This document shows, piece after piece, positions 13,400-25,777 of a DNA stretch of 64,000 nucleotides. A program made the translations under genes and the position numbers. Under the pieces are notes generated by a model. The model ran no database searches. It had not been told where the DNA came from and saw nothing but the letters and a program-made list of their open reading frames with translations. The stretch's first letter is position 1. The number at the start of each line of letters is the position of its first letter. Location of the stretch: contig JARDVH010000025.1 in the NCBI GenBank assembly GCA_030324005.1, forward strand, positions 78,777,950-78,841,949. Reading direction: 5' to 3'. This DNA comes from Negaprion brevirostris. Lineage: Eukaryota.

Positions 13400-15550
13400 T
13401 GGTGGGAAGCAGAGCAGATGCAAAATCACGAGTGGTTAATGTTACTTAAAGGCACCTCTTAAAGGGAAGCTGCACTGTGGATACAAGAAGTGGTTGATAT
13501 CATCTCGAAATTCAATTTGTGCTGTGATACTTTGAAAATAAATTTTCAGGTACTTCCACTTTGGCGAAGAGGTGGAAAGAAAGAGAAATGACCTGCAATC
13601 ACAGCTCCCCACTGTTTATTGTGTCAGCTTTTTGAATCTTTCTCTTCATCGGATGTAAACGTATTGAAAATGAGAATAAAAGGGTTGTTTTGCTGATAGT
13701 CGAGCATCATCCAATTCAGTAAAGAGTATTTTTGCTTTTTGATTTGCAGAGGAAGGCAGTACATCACAAGGATGGATGTGTGGGCTGACCAATGGCTCGA
13801 ATGTGTGGGCCTGTCATGTGATGAAATTTCCAGAAATAAATCGAATTACTGCTGGCCATTTCAATCACATGACTGAACAATTATCTCTCCTGCTGTTACT
13901 GTCTGTCATGTGTTGGAAGTATCTGCAAGTTAATATCCAACCTGCTTGGCCACATTATGAGTACACCTTCATTGGCTGTCAAGGTCTGGGGTGAGACTCA
14001 AACTCAGAGGCAGGCACACTACACACTGAGCCACAAGACCATCATCAATCAGTTCTCAGCCTTAATATCCATATGTTTTACCACACTCTTTCACGCATAC
14101 AAATTTCAGAGTTGCAAACACCATACCCACAACTCACAGTTCACACACACTGACCATGCAACCATGACAGCCACAATTGCCAAGAAGGTCTTGCATATTA
14201 GCAGGCAGCAAAGTACTGGTCAAGCATACCTGCATGTTTTAACACTCATGGAGACAGCTCTGCCACCTGAGAAGGGGAAAAATTGTTGGCCTTGATGGCC
14301 ATTGAAGATGAGAGTATCGAATACCAAATTTTCTTTCTGTCTTTCCACTTCTCCCTCATCCTATCATCTCATCTCCCTTTGAAGCTGTGACTGTTGTAAG
14401 CATGCACTTCTTCCTTGCATTTGTCCCAATACCTCTGTTAAGGTATTGAACACCTGTTCATTTTACGTTTCAGATAACAAAAACTGGAATGTCCCCAGTA
14501 AGGAAAAAGACAAAAAGACAATGAAGGTGAAGAGTCACCAGCACACTCCTTTATCTTCACAGCACTCGCTCAATGAGTGCACATATTTTAGGGGTCTAAG
14601 ATTGGAGAAGGATCTACATGTATTGAGTTACTGAGCACTACTTTGCTGAACCTTTTGGTCATTTGTCCAAATACCTCCTTGTATGTTTCAGTGTCAAACG
14701 TTGTTTGAAAGTATTCCTGTGGAGCATCTTGGGATGTTCTACTATGTTAAAGATGCTATGTGATTGCATTGTTTCTGTTGTGTAAAGCCTTCAAATTACC
14801 AGACTACAGAAAAAGGTCGATGGATGCACACACGAAAATGCATAATGCATTGAGGAGCCTGCCAAAAAGCCTGAAATCCAGGTCAAGGAGCACAGAAGAG
14901 ATCAGTACAAAGTTGGCACAGAGCTTTGTGCACAGAGCTTTGTGCAGGCCTTGGAATCTGTCCTTTCCAATGTAGAATGGGCAGCCACCTCTATCAACAG
15001 ATTGTGGGACTCACCATATTGCAGCATCTGATGGCCAATGTCACAGCTTCCATTGCAGTGCAAACTATCAGAAGTCAGAATGCTGTAATGGAAGCTCAGG
15101 TTGTTGCCTCACAAGGTCAGGTAGCTGCCATCATTCTTCTGGATACCATTGTTGAAAGGAACGTTCAGTCTGGTCATCAATTGGTTCTCCAACAGATCAG
15201 TAGGACAAACAAGGCACTGCTGCAAAGCAGTGGCAAGTCTGGGTCCATGGAACACAAACCTGCTCGACCCTCTCAGGGTGACAGCAATTGTGTTCTCAGT
15301 CCACAGTGTCCTTGCTGTTAACTGTCAGCCATTTCTGCCCGTTGCAGCCTAGGCCAAAATGGTGCAGTCTGAAGCCAACCTTCCAAACTAAGAGCTTCTG
15401 AGGATGCAGTCCATCTGCAGTTCCTCAATTAGAAGTCAGCCTTCCACCAGCCATGATGCAACTACTGGGAAGTACCTCATAAGAGCACAAGGATAGGCAA
15501 AAGCAAATGGAAGACATGGAAGGTTGAAGGAATGCACAAGAGTAATTAGA
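13400..15550 (+). mobile_element. Probable decayed Harbinger transposon (Myb/SANT-protein gene remnant)
   Basis: Fragments such as STGQAYLHVLTLMETAL and MDAHTKMHNALRSLPKSL recall the accessory ORF of Harbinger elements. Highly degenerate; boundaries uncertain. Confidence 0.35.
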
Positions 15551-15599
15551 TTAGTTTTGCTTGCATTGTATCATGACTGACTCTAGAAATTCTGGCAAC

Positions 15600-15910
15600 T
15601 AGACCTAGCAATTCAAAACTGACCATTCACGAGGCATTGTGGGCCAACAGCAGCAGCAGAATTGTATACAGCTGCAATCTAACCTGATAGCCTGGTCTAT
15701 CTATCCAGCATGGCCTGCCATTTCCATCAAGCTGGGGGGTTGACCCTGGTTCAATGAAAATTCAAAGTGGGCATCAGGCATCCCTAAAAATGTCCCAACT
15801 TGGTGAAGCTACACCAGGTCTAATTGCATGCCAAACAGTCGAAGCAGCATTTGAAAGACAGAACTAAGCATGCATAAAGCTCTGCAGTTCTGCCACATCC
15901 AGTCATAAAC
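15600..15910 (+). mobile_element. CR1/L2-group LINE internal remnant
   Basis: cagcagcagcagaattgtat...gctctgcagttctgccacatccagtcat is recalled shark LINE sequence. Confidence 0.4.
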
Positions 15911-16702
15911 TTCGGTAAATTATTCACACCCAAGTACTTGGTTATTGAGGTGTCCTTGACAATTTCAGTGCTGGAAAGCCTCAGTGTTTCAATTCCATAT
16001 TCAAAGGATTAATTCATAGCCAGTGTTGTGAAGCTGCAAAATCCAACATGAGCATACTTGCTTTCTCTGCCAAGCCTAGAATGGGGTGTATGTATGTGGG
16101 AGTTGATCAGCTTGGAACAGTGTGTTCAGCTTTTAAGGTTTATACAATGTTTTAGTTGTGCTTTTTGTAACTGGTAAAAGTTATTGCTAATTTTCTTACT
16201 ATATGTTAACTGTTTTCTGAAATAAATTTTGTTTGATAAATCTTCCTAGTGGATTACTTGAATCATAGCTGGAGTGAACCATCATATGCTCATCTGTGCC
16301 ATTTTCAAAATACAAAAACTTATGGTCTGGGCTTATTTCATAACACACCTTGGAATTTTTGATCTTGATTATAACACTTAGAATTAAAACAGGTTGTCTT
16401 TCAAGGGAAATTAACAGTAATCAGAAATGAATTTGGAACATAAAAGGAGGAACCTAATTACAATTAAAGGACCATCCCTATACGTTAGACATTAATTACA
16501 CAACCATTTTTAGAATATAGGAGCAAGTCTCTCACTCACTTGGTGATGAATGTGAATGTTAGTTTCATGCATGACGGATGGCCTGCTTTAAATATTTTAC
16601 TGNNNNNNNNNNNNNNNNNNNNNNNNNNNNNNNNNNNNNNNNNNNNNNNNNNNNNNNNNNNNNNNNNNNNNNNNNNNNNNNNNNNNNNNNNNNNNNNNNN
16701 NN

Positions 16703-17275
16703 CATAAGTCCAGAGTGTGATTGAATACTCCCCACTTGCCTGATGAGTATCAATCTAAAACTCTCAAGAGGTTCGGCACCATCGAGGACAAAGCAACCTG
16801 TATGATTAGCATCACATTCATGGCCTTAAATATTCACTTCCTCCACGACCAATGTACTGTTAGTGTAAGGTGGATAAAAAGATAAATGTTTTGCTTTGGG
16901 GTTTTTTGCCACAGTGGCAGCAGTATGAACAATATACAAGGTGTACGGCAGCAGCTTGCCAAGCCTCCTTTGACAGCACNNNNNNNNNNGCACCTTTCAA
17001 ACGCATGAACTTTACTACCCAGAAGGACAAGGGCAGCAGTCACATGGTAACACCACCACCTGTAAGTTCCCCTCCAAGCCACACACCATCCTTACTTGGA
17101 AATATTTTGGAATTCCTTCACTGTCACTGAATCAAAATCTTGGAACTCCCTCCATCACAACATATGGACTGCTCTGGTTCAAGAAGGCTGCTCACCACCA
17201 TCTTCTAAAGGGCAATTAGGGATGGGCAAGAAATGCTGGCTTAGTCAGCGACCCCAACATCCCATGGAATAATAC
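16703..17275 (+). mobile_element. CR1/L2-group LINE 3' end
   Basis: caccaccacctgtaagttcccctccaagccacac...ttcaagaaggctgctcaccaccatcttctaaagggcaattagggatggg, shared with 47230-47750, 53165-53420 and (reversed) ~19380-19520. Confidence 0.7.
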
Positions 17276-19333
17276 TTTAAAAAATATGATGGAATGTGCA
17301 TTTCTGGTGATTTTCAGTTTAATTTTGTGAGGAAAGTGCTGGCTGGTGATTGAGGCAAGCTAAGGAACATGGGACTATTACTGAATTTCATGGTGTCTTT
17401 GAAGGTATTAATATCACCCATTAATTATTTTATCACGTAGAGCCTGGGCAGGAAGGAATGCTGACATTGCAGTCCCCATTCCTCTTTTTGTTCTTCCTTT
17501 TTCTGTTGCATTTTCTCCTCCACTGCCCCTCCTCCCTCTGTTCTCAGTTTCTCATCTGATGACGGCTGTTCCCTTATGGTCAGCTTGGGTAGCATACAAT
17601 ATACTATCGTAAATCTCAACAGCTGCTCAGAATTGCTCCAGAATGATCTATGAAGCAGAAACATTACCATAAGACACTTGAGTGTTGCTCTATAGTTTTC
17701 CTTCATGTGGGATGGCTCTCACGATAGAACCTAATTAGAATATCTGAAGCAAGGTACCTGACCACTCACTGGAGTGTCAGTCACAACATATTCTCAGCTT
17801 GTTGGGTGAACATGAACGCAGATACATCGGAATTTGAGGTCGCAATGTTATCAGGATAAGCTGATATCAAAAGCCTGGATATTTATTTTAGACTCTTCAG
17901 GGATCTATTTTGGTTCTCCTTGTTTAAGTTGCATCATCTCTCTATCGGAGGAACAATGAATGAAGAGAAAAACACCAATTGAAAAGTTCATAATGCGTGC
18001 AATAAAGTCAATATTGTTTCAGAATATTAGAATTTAAGAAGTAGGAGTAGGAGTGGACCACTTGAACTTATTCTACCATTCAATATGATCATGACTGCTC
18101 TTCTCAATTCCACTTTCCCATCCTATTTCTTACACACCTCTAATGTAATTGTGCAACCAAAGATGCTTTTTCAAACCAGTTAAGAAATAATGTTCAGTTC
18201 TGCCATTGCAGATATAGCTGTGGCTGTAAGTATTTTGATGTTGATTGCACGCATGTGGTTGTTACAGGAACAGGAGAAAAGCATTTTCTATTTGTTATAC
18301 ATATAAATCTATAGTACATGGTATAAATAGATTTCCACAGAAGTTTAATTTCTTTAAGAATAGGGTGGAACCAAGTGAACTGGAAAGGAATATTCCAGGC
18401 TTGCTGTTTCTTCCCCCAATGAACCAATTTTCTTATTTCTTCACAATCACTACATTTTCATCATTTAATGCATTGTAGACAGCCATAAAAGAAATTAAAA
18501 TATTTCTCTAGAGACTGTTTGCAGCTAGAAGATAATAGCTGATTCTAATCAGGCCAGACAGCATCGCCTCCCNNNNNNNNNNNNNNNNNNNNNNNNNNNN
18601 NNNNNNNNNNNNNNNNNNNNNNNNNNNNNNNNNNNNNNNNNNNNNNNNNNNNNNNNNNNNNNNNNNNNNNNNNNNNNNNNNNNNNNNNNNNNNNNNNNNN
18701 NNNNNNNNNNNNNNNNNNNNNNNNNNNNNNNNNNNNNNNNNNNNNNNNNNNNNNNNNNNNNNNNNNNNNNNNNNNNNNNNNNNNNNNNNNNNNNNNNNNN
18801 NNNNNNNNNNNNNNNNNNNNNNNNNNNNNNNNNNNNNNNNNNNNNNNNNNNNNNNNNNNNNNNNNNNNNNNNNNNNNNNNNNNNNNNNNNNNNNNNNNNN
18901 NNNNNNNNNNNNNNNNNNNNNNNNNNNNNNNNNNNNNNNNNNNNNNNNNNNNNNNNNNNNNNNNNNNNNNNNNNNNNNNNNNNNNNNNNNNNNNTTTGTC
19001 AACCAATCCTCTATCCACGCTAACACCCTACCCCCAACTCCATGCCCCTAGGTAGAGGTTGATGGATTTCTGAATAACAATAATGTAAAAAGTTATGGGG
19101 ACAATGTGGTTAAAGACATTGATGAACTGTGAACTTATTAAATGGTGGAGGAGGCTCAACAGGGTAAATGGCCTATTCCTGTTTCTATGTTCCTATAATC
19201 CAATAATGACACAGTTGCAAAAATAGACAAATGGAAATTTTTAGACACTACTCAGATTTTTGTGGCACCTAAATGTTCAAAATTCAGATGGCATGCACAC
19301 ATACATGCAGCATCTGACAAAATAAATGAAGTA

Positions 19334-19360
19334 TGTGCGTGTGTGTGTGTGTGTGTGTGT
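19334..19360. repeat. (GT)n microsatellite
   Basis: Seen directly. Confidence 0.9.
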
Positions 19361-20738
19361 ATGACTGCATGTGCATGAGTGCTTTGGAGGAAAACTTGCA
19401 GGTGGTGGTGTTCCCATATGTCTGCTGCCCTTGTTCTTCTAGATGGAAGTGGTCATGGATTTGGAAGTGCTGGATAAGGATTTTTGGTGAATTGCTGCAA
19501 TGCATTTTGTAGATATGTAGATTTTGTAGTTCATGTCGGACAAATAGTCCCCAAGCTCTGCACAAGTTCTGAATACTTCATCAATTGCCAACTGAAGCTC
19601 CCATTTCTTGCTGTCTGTGTCTTTGTCTTCTCCAGTACTTTGAACCCTTGAAGGCAGTATCTTAGTCCAGTATATTTGACCTCTGTAGCAAAACTTGTTT
19701 GGTACTCGAGTAAGCCATTCAAACTTGTCCTGTTATTCAGTTTGGTTCTGGCTGATCTTACCTCTACTCCATTTACCTGCTGTTGTTTCTTTTCCCTTTA
19801 TTGCATGAGATAAATTTATTGATTCCAGTTTTTAAAATTTCAATAGATTCAGCATCTACAGCCATTTGGAGGAGTGAGTTCAAGATTTCTGTTTGGCTTG
19901 CAGCGAAGAGTGCTTCTTGATTTCATTCTTAAATGGTCTAGTTCTAATTTTGAGATTATGTCCCTTCGTTTTAGATTCCCTCACTAAAGGAAATAACCTA
20001 ATAAATACCTCAATTATTTTAATGTTTTCAGGAGATTACCATTTAATCTTCTAAATTTAAGGAAGAGAAATAAAGTGTTTGCAGCTTTCCTGCAACATTT
20101 TGGCCCTTTAAGCCCTTTGATTTGATTTATTATTGCCACATTTATTGGTATGAGTGAAAAGTTTTGTTTCTTGCGCACTTTACAGACAAAGCATACCATT
20201 CATAGAGAAGGAAAGGAGAGGATGCAGAATGTAGTGTTACAGTCATAGCTAGGGTGTAGCGAAAGATCAACTTAATATGAGGTAGGTCCATTCAACGGTC
20301 TAATGGCAGGAGGAAAGAGATTATTCTTGAGTCGGCTGGTACGTGATCTCAAACTTTTGTATCTTTTTCCCGATGGAAGAAGGTGGAAGAGAGGATGTCT
20401 GGGGTGCGTGAGGTCCTTAATTATGCTGGCTGCTTTTCTGAGGCAGCGGGAAATGTAGCCAGAGTCAATGGATGGGAGGCTGGTTTGCGCGATGGGCTGG
20501 GTTTCATTTACAACCCTTTGTGGTCTTGGACAGAGCAGGAGCCATACCGAGCTTTCTATGATGCACCTATAAAAGTTGATGAGAGTCATAGCACTTCCTT
20601 AGCCTCCTGAAAAATAGAGGTGTTGATGGGCTTACTTAACTACAGTGTTGGTGTGGAGAGACCAGGACATGTTGTTGGTGATCTGGACACATAGAAATTT
20701 GAAGCTCTCAACCATTTCCACTTCATCCCGTTGATGTA

Positions 20739-20956
20739 CAGTAAGCAGTCTCACAACACCAGGTTAAGGTCCAACAGGTTTATTTGGTAGCAGGAGCTTT
20801 TGGAGCACTGCTCCTTCATCAAGCGAATGCCACTCACCTGATGAAGGAGCAATGCTCCGAAAGCTCGTACTACCAAATAAACCTGTTGGACTTTAACCTG
20901 GTGTTGTGAGACTATTTACTGTGCCTACCCCAGCCCAACGCCAGCAACTCCACACT
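20739..20956. mobile_element. Palindromic Penelope-derived short element with hammerhead motif
   Basis: ~90-bp inverted arms; 9-bp TSD gttgatgta (20730-20738 and 20957-20965). Confidence 0.8.
20834..20870 (+). ncRNA. Minimal type-I hammerhead ribozyme motif
   Basis: tcac-CTGATGA-a-GGAGC-aat-GCTCC-GAA-AGCT-C-gtac: both core boxes, a 5-bp stem II and a palindromic AGCT stem III. Stem I is only partly paired. Confidence 0.7.
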
Positions 20957-20971
20957 GTTGATGTAGACAGG

Positions 20972-21101
20972 GACTCCCCAGGACCGGATGGAATGCATCC
21001 AAGGGTTTTGAAAGAAATGGCGGGGGTGATAGTGGATGCCTTGGTGATTATTTTCCAAACGTCGCTGGATTCTGGGGAAGTGCCGGAAGATTGGAAAACA
21101 G
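20972..21101 (+). mobile_element. CR1 LINE RT fragment nested in the Rex1 copy
   Basis: SPGPDGMHPRVLKEMAGVIVDALVIIFQTSLDSGEVPEDWKT, running into a gap. Confidence 0.8.
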
Positions 21102-22674
21102 NNNNNNNNNNNNNNNNNNNNNNNNNNNNNNNNNNNNNNNNNNNNNNNNNNNNNNNNNNNNNNNNNNNNNNNNNNNNNNNNNNNNNNNNNNNNNNNNNNN
21201 NATCGACAATGAGGGAGAGATTATTGTTCTTGCACCAGTGCACCAAATTCTCTATCTATTTCCAATACTCGGTCTCATTATTGTTTGAGATCCGACCCAC
21301 TCTGCTGGTGTCATCAGCAAACTTGAACGTTGAGTTGGAGGGGAATTTGACCACACAGTCATAGGTGTGCAAGGAGTATATTAGGGGGCTGAGGACACAG
21401 CCTTGGGGGGCACTGGTGTTGAGGATGATTGTCCGGGAGGTATTGTCACCTATCCTTAGTGACTGAGGTCTGTGGGATTCTATGGATCTATGACTCAGTC
21501 ACAGAGTTGGGAGATGAGTTTTGTAGGAAAAACGGTGTTGAAGGCTGAGCTGCAGTCAATAAATAGGAGTTTGACATCGGTGTCTTTGTTATCCAGATGT
21601 TCCGGGTAATCCTGCAGATAGTGGGATTAAAATGTTTGCTCACATGGAGAAAAACACCTTCATTGAATTAATCAATTAAATAGCCTGTGTTGTAGTATAT
21701 TCTGATTCTGTGTTGTCCCTCGTTTAAAACAATATCTTTTATGTCTCTGATTTTGTTACGAACCAAGTGAAAGAATGTGAGATATTAAGCGCAATACAAA
21801 CCGTTGAACTTGAGAACAAAGCGATCCAGGATGGCACATGTTGAAAAGGAAAAGCTATATTAGACTCCAAACATTAACCCTACTTCTCTCTCGACAGAGG
21901 GCAATTAGAGATGGGTTCCTAGCACATGCCTTGATAAGTTAAAAAAGTTGCTGCCAGACATCCAGCACTTTCCGTTTTTATCGAAATTGGAAGTTTTCCA
22001 TGAACATGAATTGATAAATCTCAAACCTTAGATCTGGAATCTGAACATGACCAAAGTATTTCCCCAAATAATTGCGTTGTCGAGAAAATTGTACGTTCAT
22101 TTGCGCCCATGTGAAAGCATCAGGAGTGTGCCTTGTAATACTGAACAAGACCAGAAGATGCCGCTCTTCACATACACTTGAATAAGGGCAGTGACTTTGA
22201 AGTAAAGGCAATGAACTCTTCAAGTTGTTCAAATTTCACATCCAGTGCATAAGCGGATGACCTCGTATTCAGTCTAACGTTCGACGTTTTAATTTTACAT
22301 CAAAATGTAAATTCTATAAAGAATAAAAAAGCTATAACATCAACTCATATGACGTAATTGTTTGATGTATTTACCCTCCGTCTCATTTTATACAATACGT
22401 TGGGGCAATAATTACCTTTTAATAGTGCATTTACTTTGAACTTCGCTCCTTATTTAATTAATAATGATTTTTAAAATGTCTTTTTACTCCGTTCTTAAAG
22501 TTGCAATGCCAATATTCAGAGAGAGTGGACCAGGCAAACCCAAATCTAATCCGTACACGGTCCAAAAAACAAATTTAAATTCAGTTGAATCCATTTCAAG
22601 GTTCCCACAATGAAGACAAACAAGATCCAAGCTGACAAGACATTGCACCCCATCGTGGGCTTGATCTGACGTTC

Positions 22675-22699
22675 GATCTTAGCCAAAAGGCCGAGAAGC
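22675..22699 (-). pseudogene. U2 snRNA 5'-end fragment (25 nt)
   Basis: Reverse complement GCTTCTCGGCCTTTTGGCTAAGATC equals U2 nt ~4-28; the sequence diverges immediately after. Confidence 0.8.
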
Positions 22700-25099
22700 T
22701 AAAATTAGTGTCATTGTGGCTGGGGATAGGTCTTTTTTTGTATATCAAGTCGGTAAATCAGAGGAAATTGAGCTTCCCCACCCCCGCGCCTAACCTCACC
22801 ACACCACACCACTACCCCGGGATAAATGATAAATTAATCAAATCAACAACCATCACAAAAGGGAAACATATAATTCACCCGCAATTAATTCCCAAAGTGA
22901 TTAATAACTGAAACTTGGCAGTTTGGTCAATAATTTTCGTCTTGGGTATTTGACTCGTTAGTAAATATTTCAGAGATTGCTTCTTGTATGGTTGCTGAGG
23001 AAAGGATTGGATTATTTAATGCACTTGCTGTTACCCAGTGGCCTGATCGATCCCCTCTCCTCACTATTAAATGTCCCAGTCTTCTTTTGATGTTAACCTA
23101 TAAGTAAGCACCGGTCCTGAGTTCTCCTCTCCCTTCCATTTTCTGATTAACAGCTGTTTNNNNNNNNNNACCACCGCCCCCCCCCCCGCCCCCCGTAGAC
23201 CTGCTCGCTGTGCACAGACCCCCAGCCTCCGGGGCTGATGTGTGTTGATTACGTTACACCGGCCAGCAGTAAATTTGCTAAATGCCCGCTCCGATGATAG
23301 TATTATGGGCCAATACATTGCTGTAATATCCATTTGTGTCTTGCTCGTTGAAAAAGCTCTCGATTGGTGTGCAGGCACTTTGAAGTGTAGCACTGAGACC
23401 GACATGAAAGTGAACGGCTTCACGAATTGACAAGCGTGAGTCTGTGGGCGGCTAGATTTCACTCCGACAATTCAGAGAATGTATTTGTTTTAACTTTCCA
23501 CCTTTTATCCTGATGGTTCAATACACCATACATTTACTCTGAAGGAGTTCAAGGCGGGTGCTCCCCCAACTGCATCAATCCCACTCAGTGCATTTTCTAA
23601 TCGCCCTCTTTGTGCTTATTGTGTTGTTTGTTTCTCAGGAATTTCGCTCTTGACCTGTTAGGTGCAATGCTTTTGTGGATCAGCGTGTTTCCCTGAAAGG
23701 AACGATATTGGCCAAGCACTTTTACAACAGCGTACCCTCACGGGAGTTCTGTGAAAGCCCAGACAAGCAGAATTTCCATAGAGTTCGTTTCATTTTTTGC
23801 CAGAATTACACACAGCAGCTTCATGTTTTCTCCGTATTAAACACAGAAATGACGAATCGGTGAGACAGAGGAGTTAAAATTCTGTGTAAAACATCTCTTA
23901 CCTGATCAGTATTGATTTGGATATATCACATGTCTTACAGTGGGAATAACAGCGATGTGACATAATTTGCATTGATTTCCAAACGTGTCTACCCCGTTGT
24001 NNNNNNNNNNNNNNNNNNNNNNNNNNNNNNNNNNNNNNNNNNNNNNNNNNNNNNNNNNNNNNNNNNNNNNNNNNNNNNNNNNNNNNNNNNNNNNNNNNNN
24101 NNNNNNNNNNNNNNNNNNNNNNNNNNNNNNNNNNNNNNNNNNNNNNNNNNGAGGGGGTCTGGTGAGCTGCAAATAACCGGACCTCCTCCTCTTTAAATGT
24201 CAAATGAAAGCCATAACTCACAGGAACGGCAGCTTCCCGTATATCAACCACTTGTCCCCCTTACAGAATCTCACATTTCACAATGTAACAATCGAAAACC
24301 TCTCTTCCATCTAACAGCGCCTTTGGGCGGAAAGGTTTCATACAAAAGCACGCGTGAGGATCAGCAGGGCCGGCTTCACTGGGCACGGCGATCGCTTTGA
24401 GCTCGGATTCTATCCNNNNNNNNNNGCAGCCCCGCCGCCAGTTCCCCTTGAGCGTGCGGGGGAGACAGCAGCGCAGTCAGGAGGAGACACTCAGGGTTGT
24501 TCTCGCTTCACACTCGCTCACTCACTCCGCCAGAGCATGGGAGGAAAGGGAGGGGGGTGTTAAAAATCCTAACATACAAAGCAGTGTCTGATGGTGGGGT
24601 AAGAATGCCCCCCTCCACCCCCACTCTAACATCAGCAAATCGAAATGCAAATCGAAATATATATGTTCACTGGGACAGAACTGAAAAGGGAATAAAGGAA
24701 TGCATGTCATGTCCATGACAATAATAAGTCACGCACTGGCGTTTCAAACACAGCAGATTCACAACATCAGAGTTTGGAGTACACGTTTTTGAGAGAGACT
24801 ACTAACTAAACAACCCTTACAAGGTGTTCCAAGATGTTACAACGCAGTGTCAATAATGGACCAAAAACTACAATTCCAGCGTTTCAATTTCATATAATGC
24901 AAACCCAGAAACCACCCAGTGAGGACAAGGGGTCGACATTAANNNNNNNNNNNNNNNNNNNNNNNNNNNNNNNNNNNNNNNNNNNNNNNNNNNNNNNNNN
25001 NNNNNNNNNNNNNNNNNNNNNNNNNNNNNNNNNNNNNNNNNNAATGAGTCAAACGGGGGAGGGGGGGGGGGAACGCCGTCGTTATTTTTGGAGTGCAGA

Positions 25100-25250
25100 A
25101 TAATGATTGGGATTACATCCTTGTCTTTGGGTCATTTGTGAAGTAATGCTACCCCAGGAGTTAAATCCCGGGCTTTCTGAACCCAAAGTTGTTTAAAAGT
25201 TTTTTTTAAATAAAGTTTTGCTGGGATAAAGTTTGAGCCAATCAGATTCG
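25100..25250 (+). promoter_or_regulatory. Putative proximal promoter with CCAAT boxes
   Basis: NF-Y-like AGCCAATCAG (CCAAT 25238-25242) and a reverse ATTGG at 25106-25110, 220-350 nt upstream of the ATG, next to an AT-rich tract. The TSS is not known. Confidence 0.45.
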
Positions 25251-25304
25251 CAGTGGGATCGCCCTGCTCCGCGGATGGCTGTGGTTTTGCTGCAGTTTCA
25301 GCAG

Positions 25305-25320
25305 CTCTCTCTCTCTCTCT
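25305..25320. repeat. (CT)8 microsatellite upstream of the start codon
   Basis: Seen directly. Confidence 0.9.
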
Positions 25321-25458
25321 GTGTAATGTAACCAAGTCTGCCATCCGGGGCGAAGGTGAGTTGAGTGTGTGTGCAAGCTCCATCGAAGGCCATCTGCAGG
25401 CGCGCTCAGCCACCGGCTCCAACTCCCTCCCCGATCGTGGACCATAAACTCTCCCAGT

Positions 25459-25777
25459 ATGGACATACCGAAGGCTGCAGCCCTCGTGTGGTGTACCCTA
25501 TGCTGCTGCTGGGATTTTCTTGCTGTCCTTGAAGCTGCTACGCTGGGATCTCGGCAGGATTCCTCTGCTCAGGATGCTCCCGTCCCCTCATCCTCCCTGG
25601 ACAGGGAGCATCAGCAGACCCCCAGGCACCATCGCACCCACACGGTGGTGCCGCATGAGTACATGCTGTCACTTTACAGGATCCTGTCGGAGAGTGAAAG
25701 GAAAGGGCTCAACAACAGTCTGGTCCGTGTCCGAACCCGTGCCAACATGGTCACCAGCTTCGTGGACCAAGGAAATG
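25459..25777 (+). CDS. GDF7: GDF5/6/7-subfamily BMP ligand, probably GDF7: coding exon 1 (signal peptide and N-terminal prodomain)
   Basis: ATG in strong Kozak context (agtATGG). Hydrophobic leader MDIPKAAALVWCTLCCCWDFLAVLEAA resembles GDF7 MDLSAAAAL...LEAA. Family motifs VVPHEYMLSLYR and ANMVTSFVDQG. Donor G|GTGGGT at 25777/25778 is phase 1, matching the conserved GDF5/6/7 intron position. Confidence 0.88.

Larger units (their letters stand above)
20140..21605 (-). mobile_element. Rex1/Babar-type LINE interrupted by two nested insertions
   Basis: TLINFYRCIIES...LRKAASIIKDLTHPRHPLFHLLPSGKRYKSLRSRTSRLKN; further upstream VHWCKNNNLSL and KFADDT-type RT sequence (gtgtcatcagcaaactt on +). Confidence 0.8.

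Noticed and set aside
8185-16376. A single split LTR (TGT at ~8185 to ACA at ~16376)
   Set aside because: Both pieces look LTR-like, but there is no matching TSD and no evidence that they belong together.
22675-22699. Functional U2 snRNA gene
   Set aside because: Only 25 nt match; the branch-point recognition region and the rest of U2 are absent.
25369-25458. N-terminal extension from the GTG start in the ORF track
   Set aside because: Bacterial-style start call; ATG 25459 has a strong Kozak context and is followed by the signal peptide.
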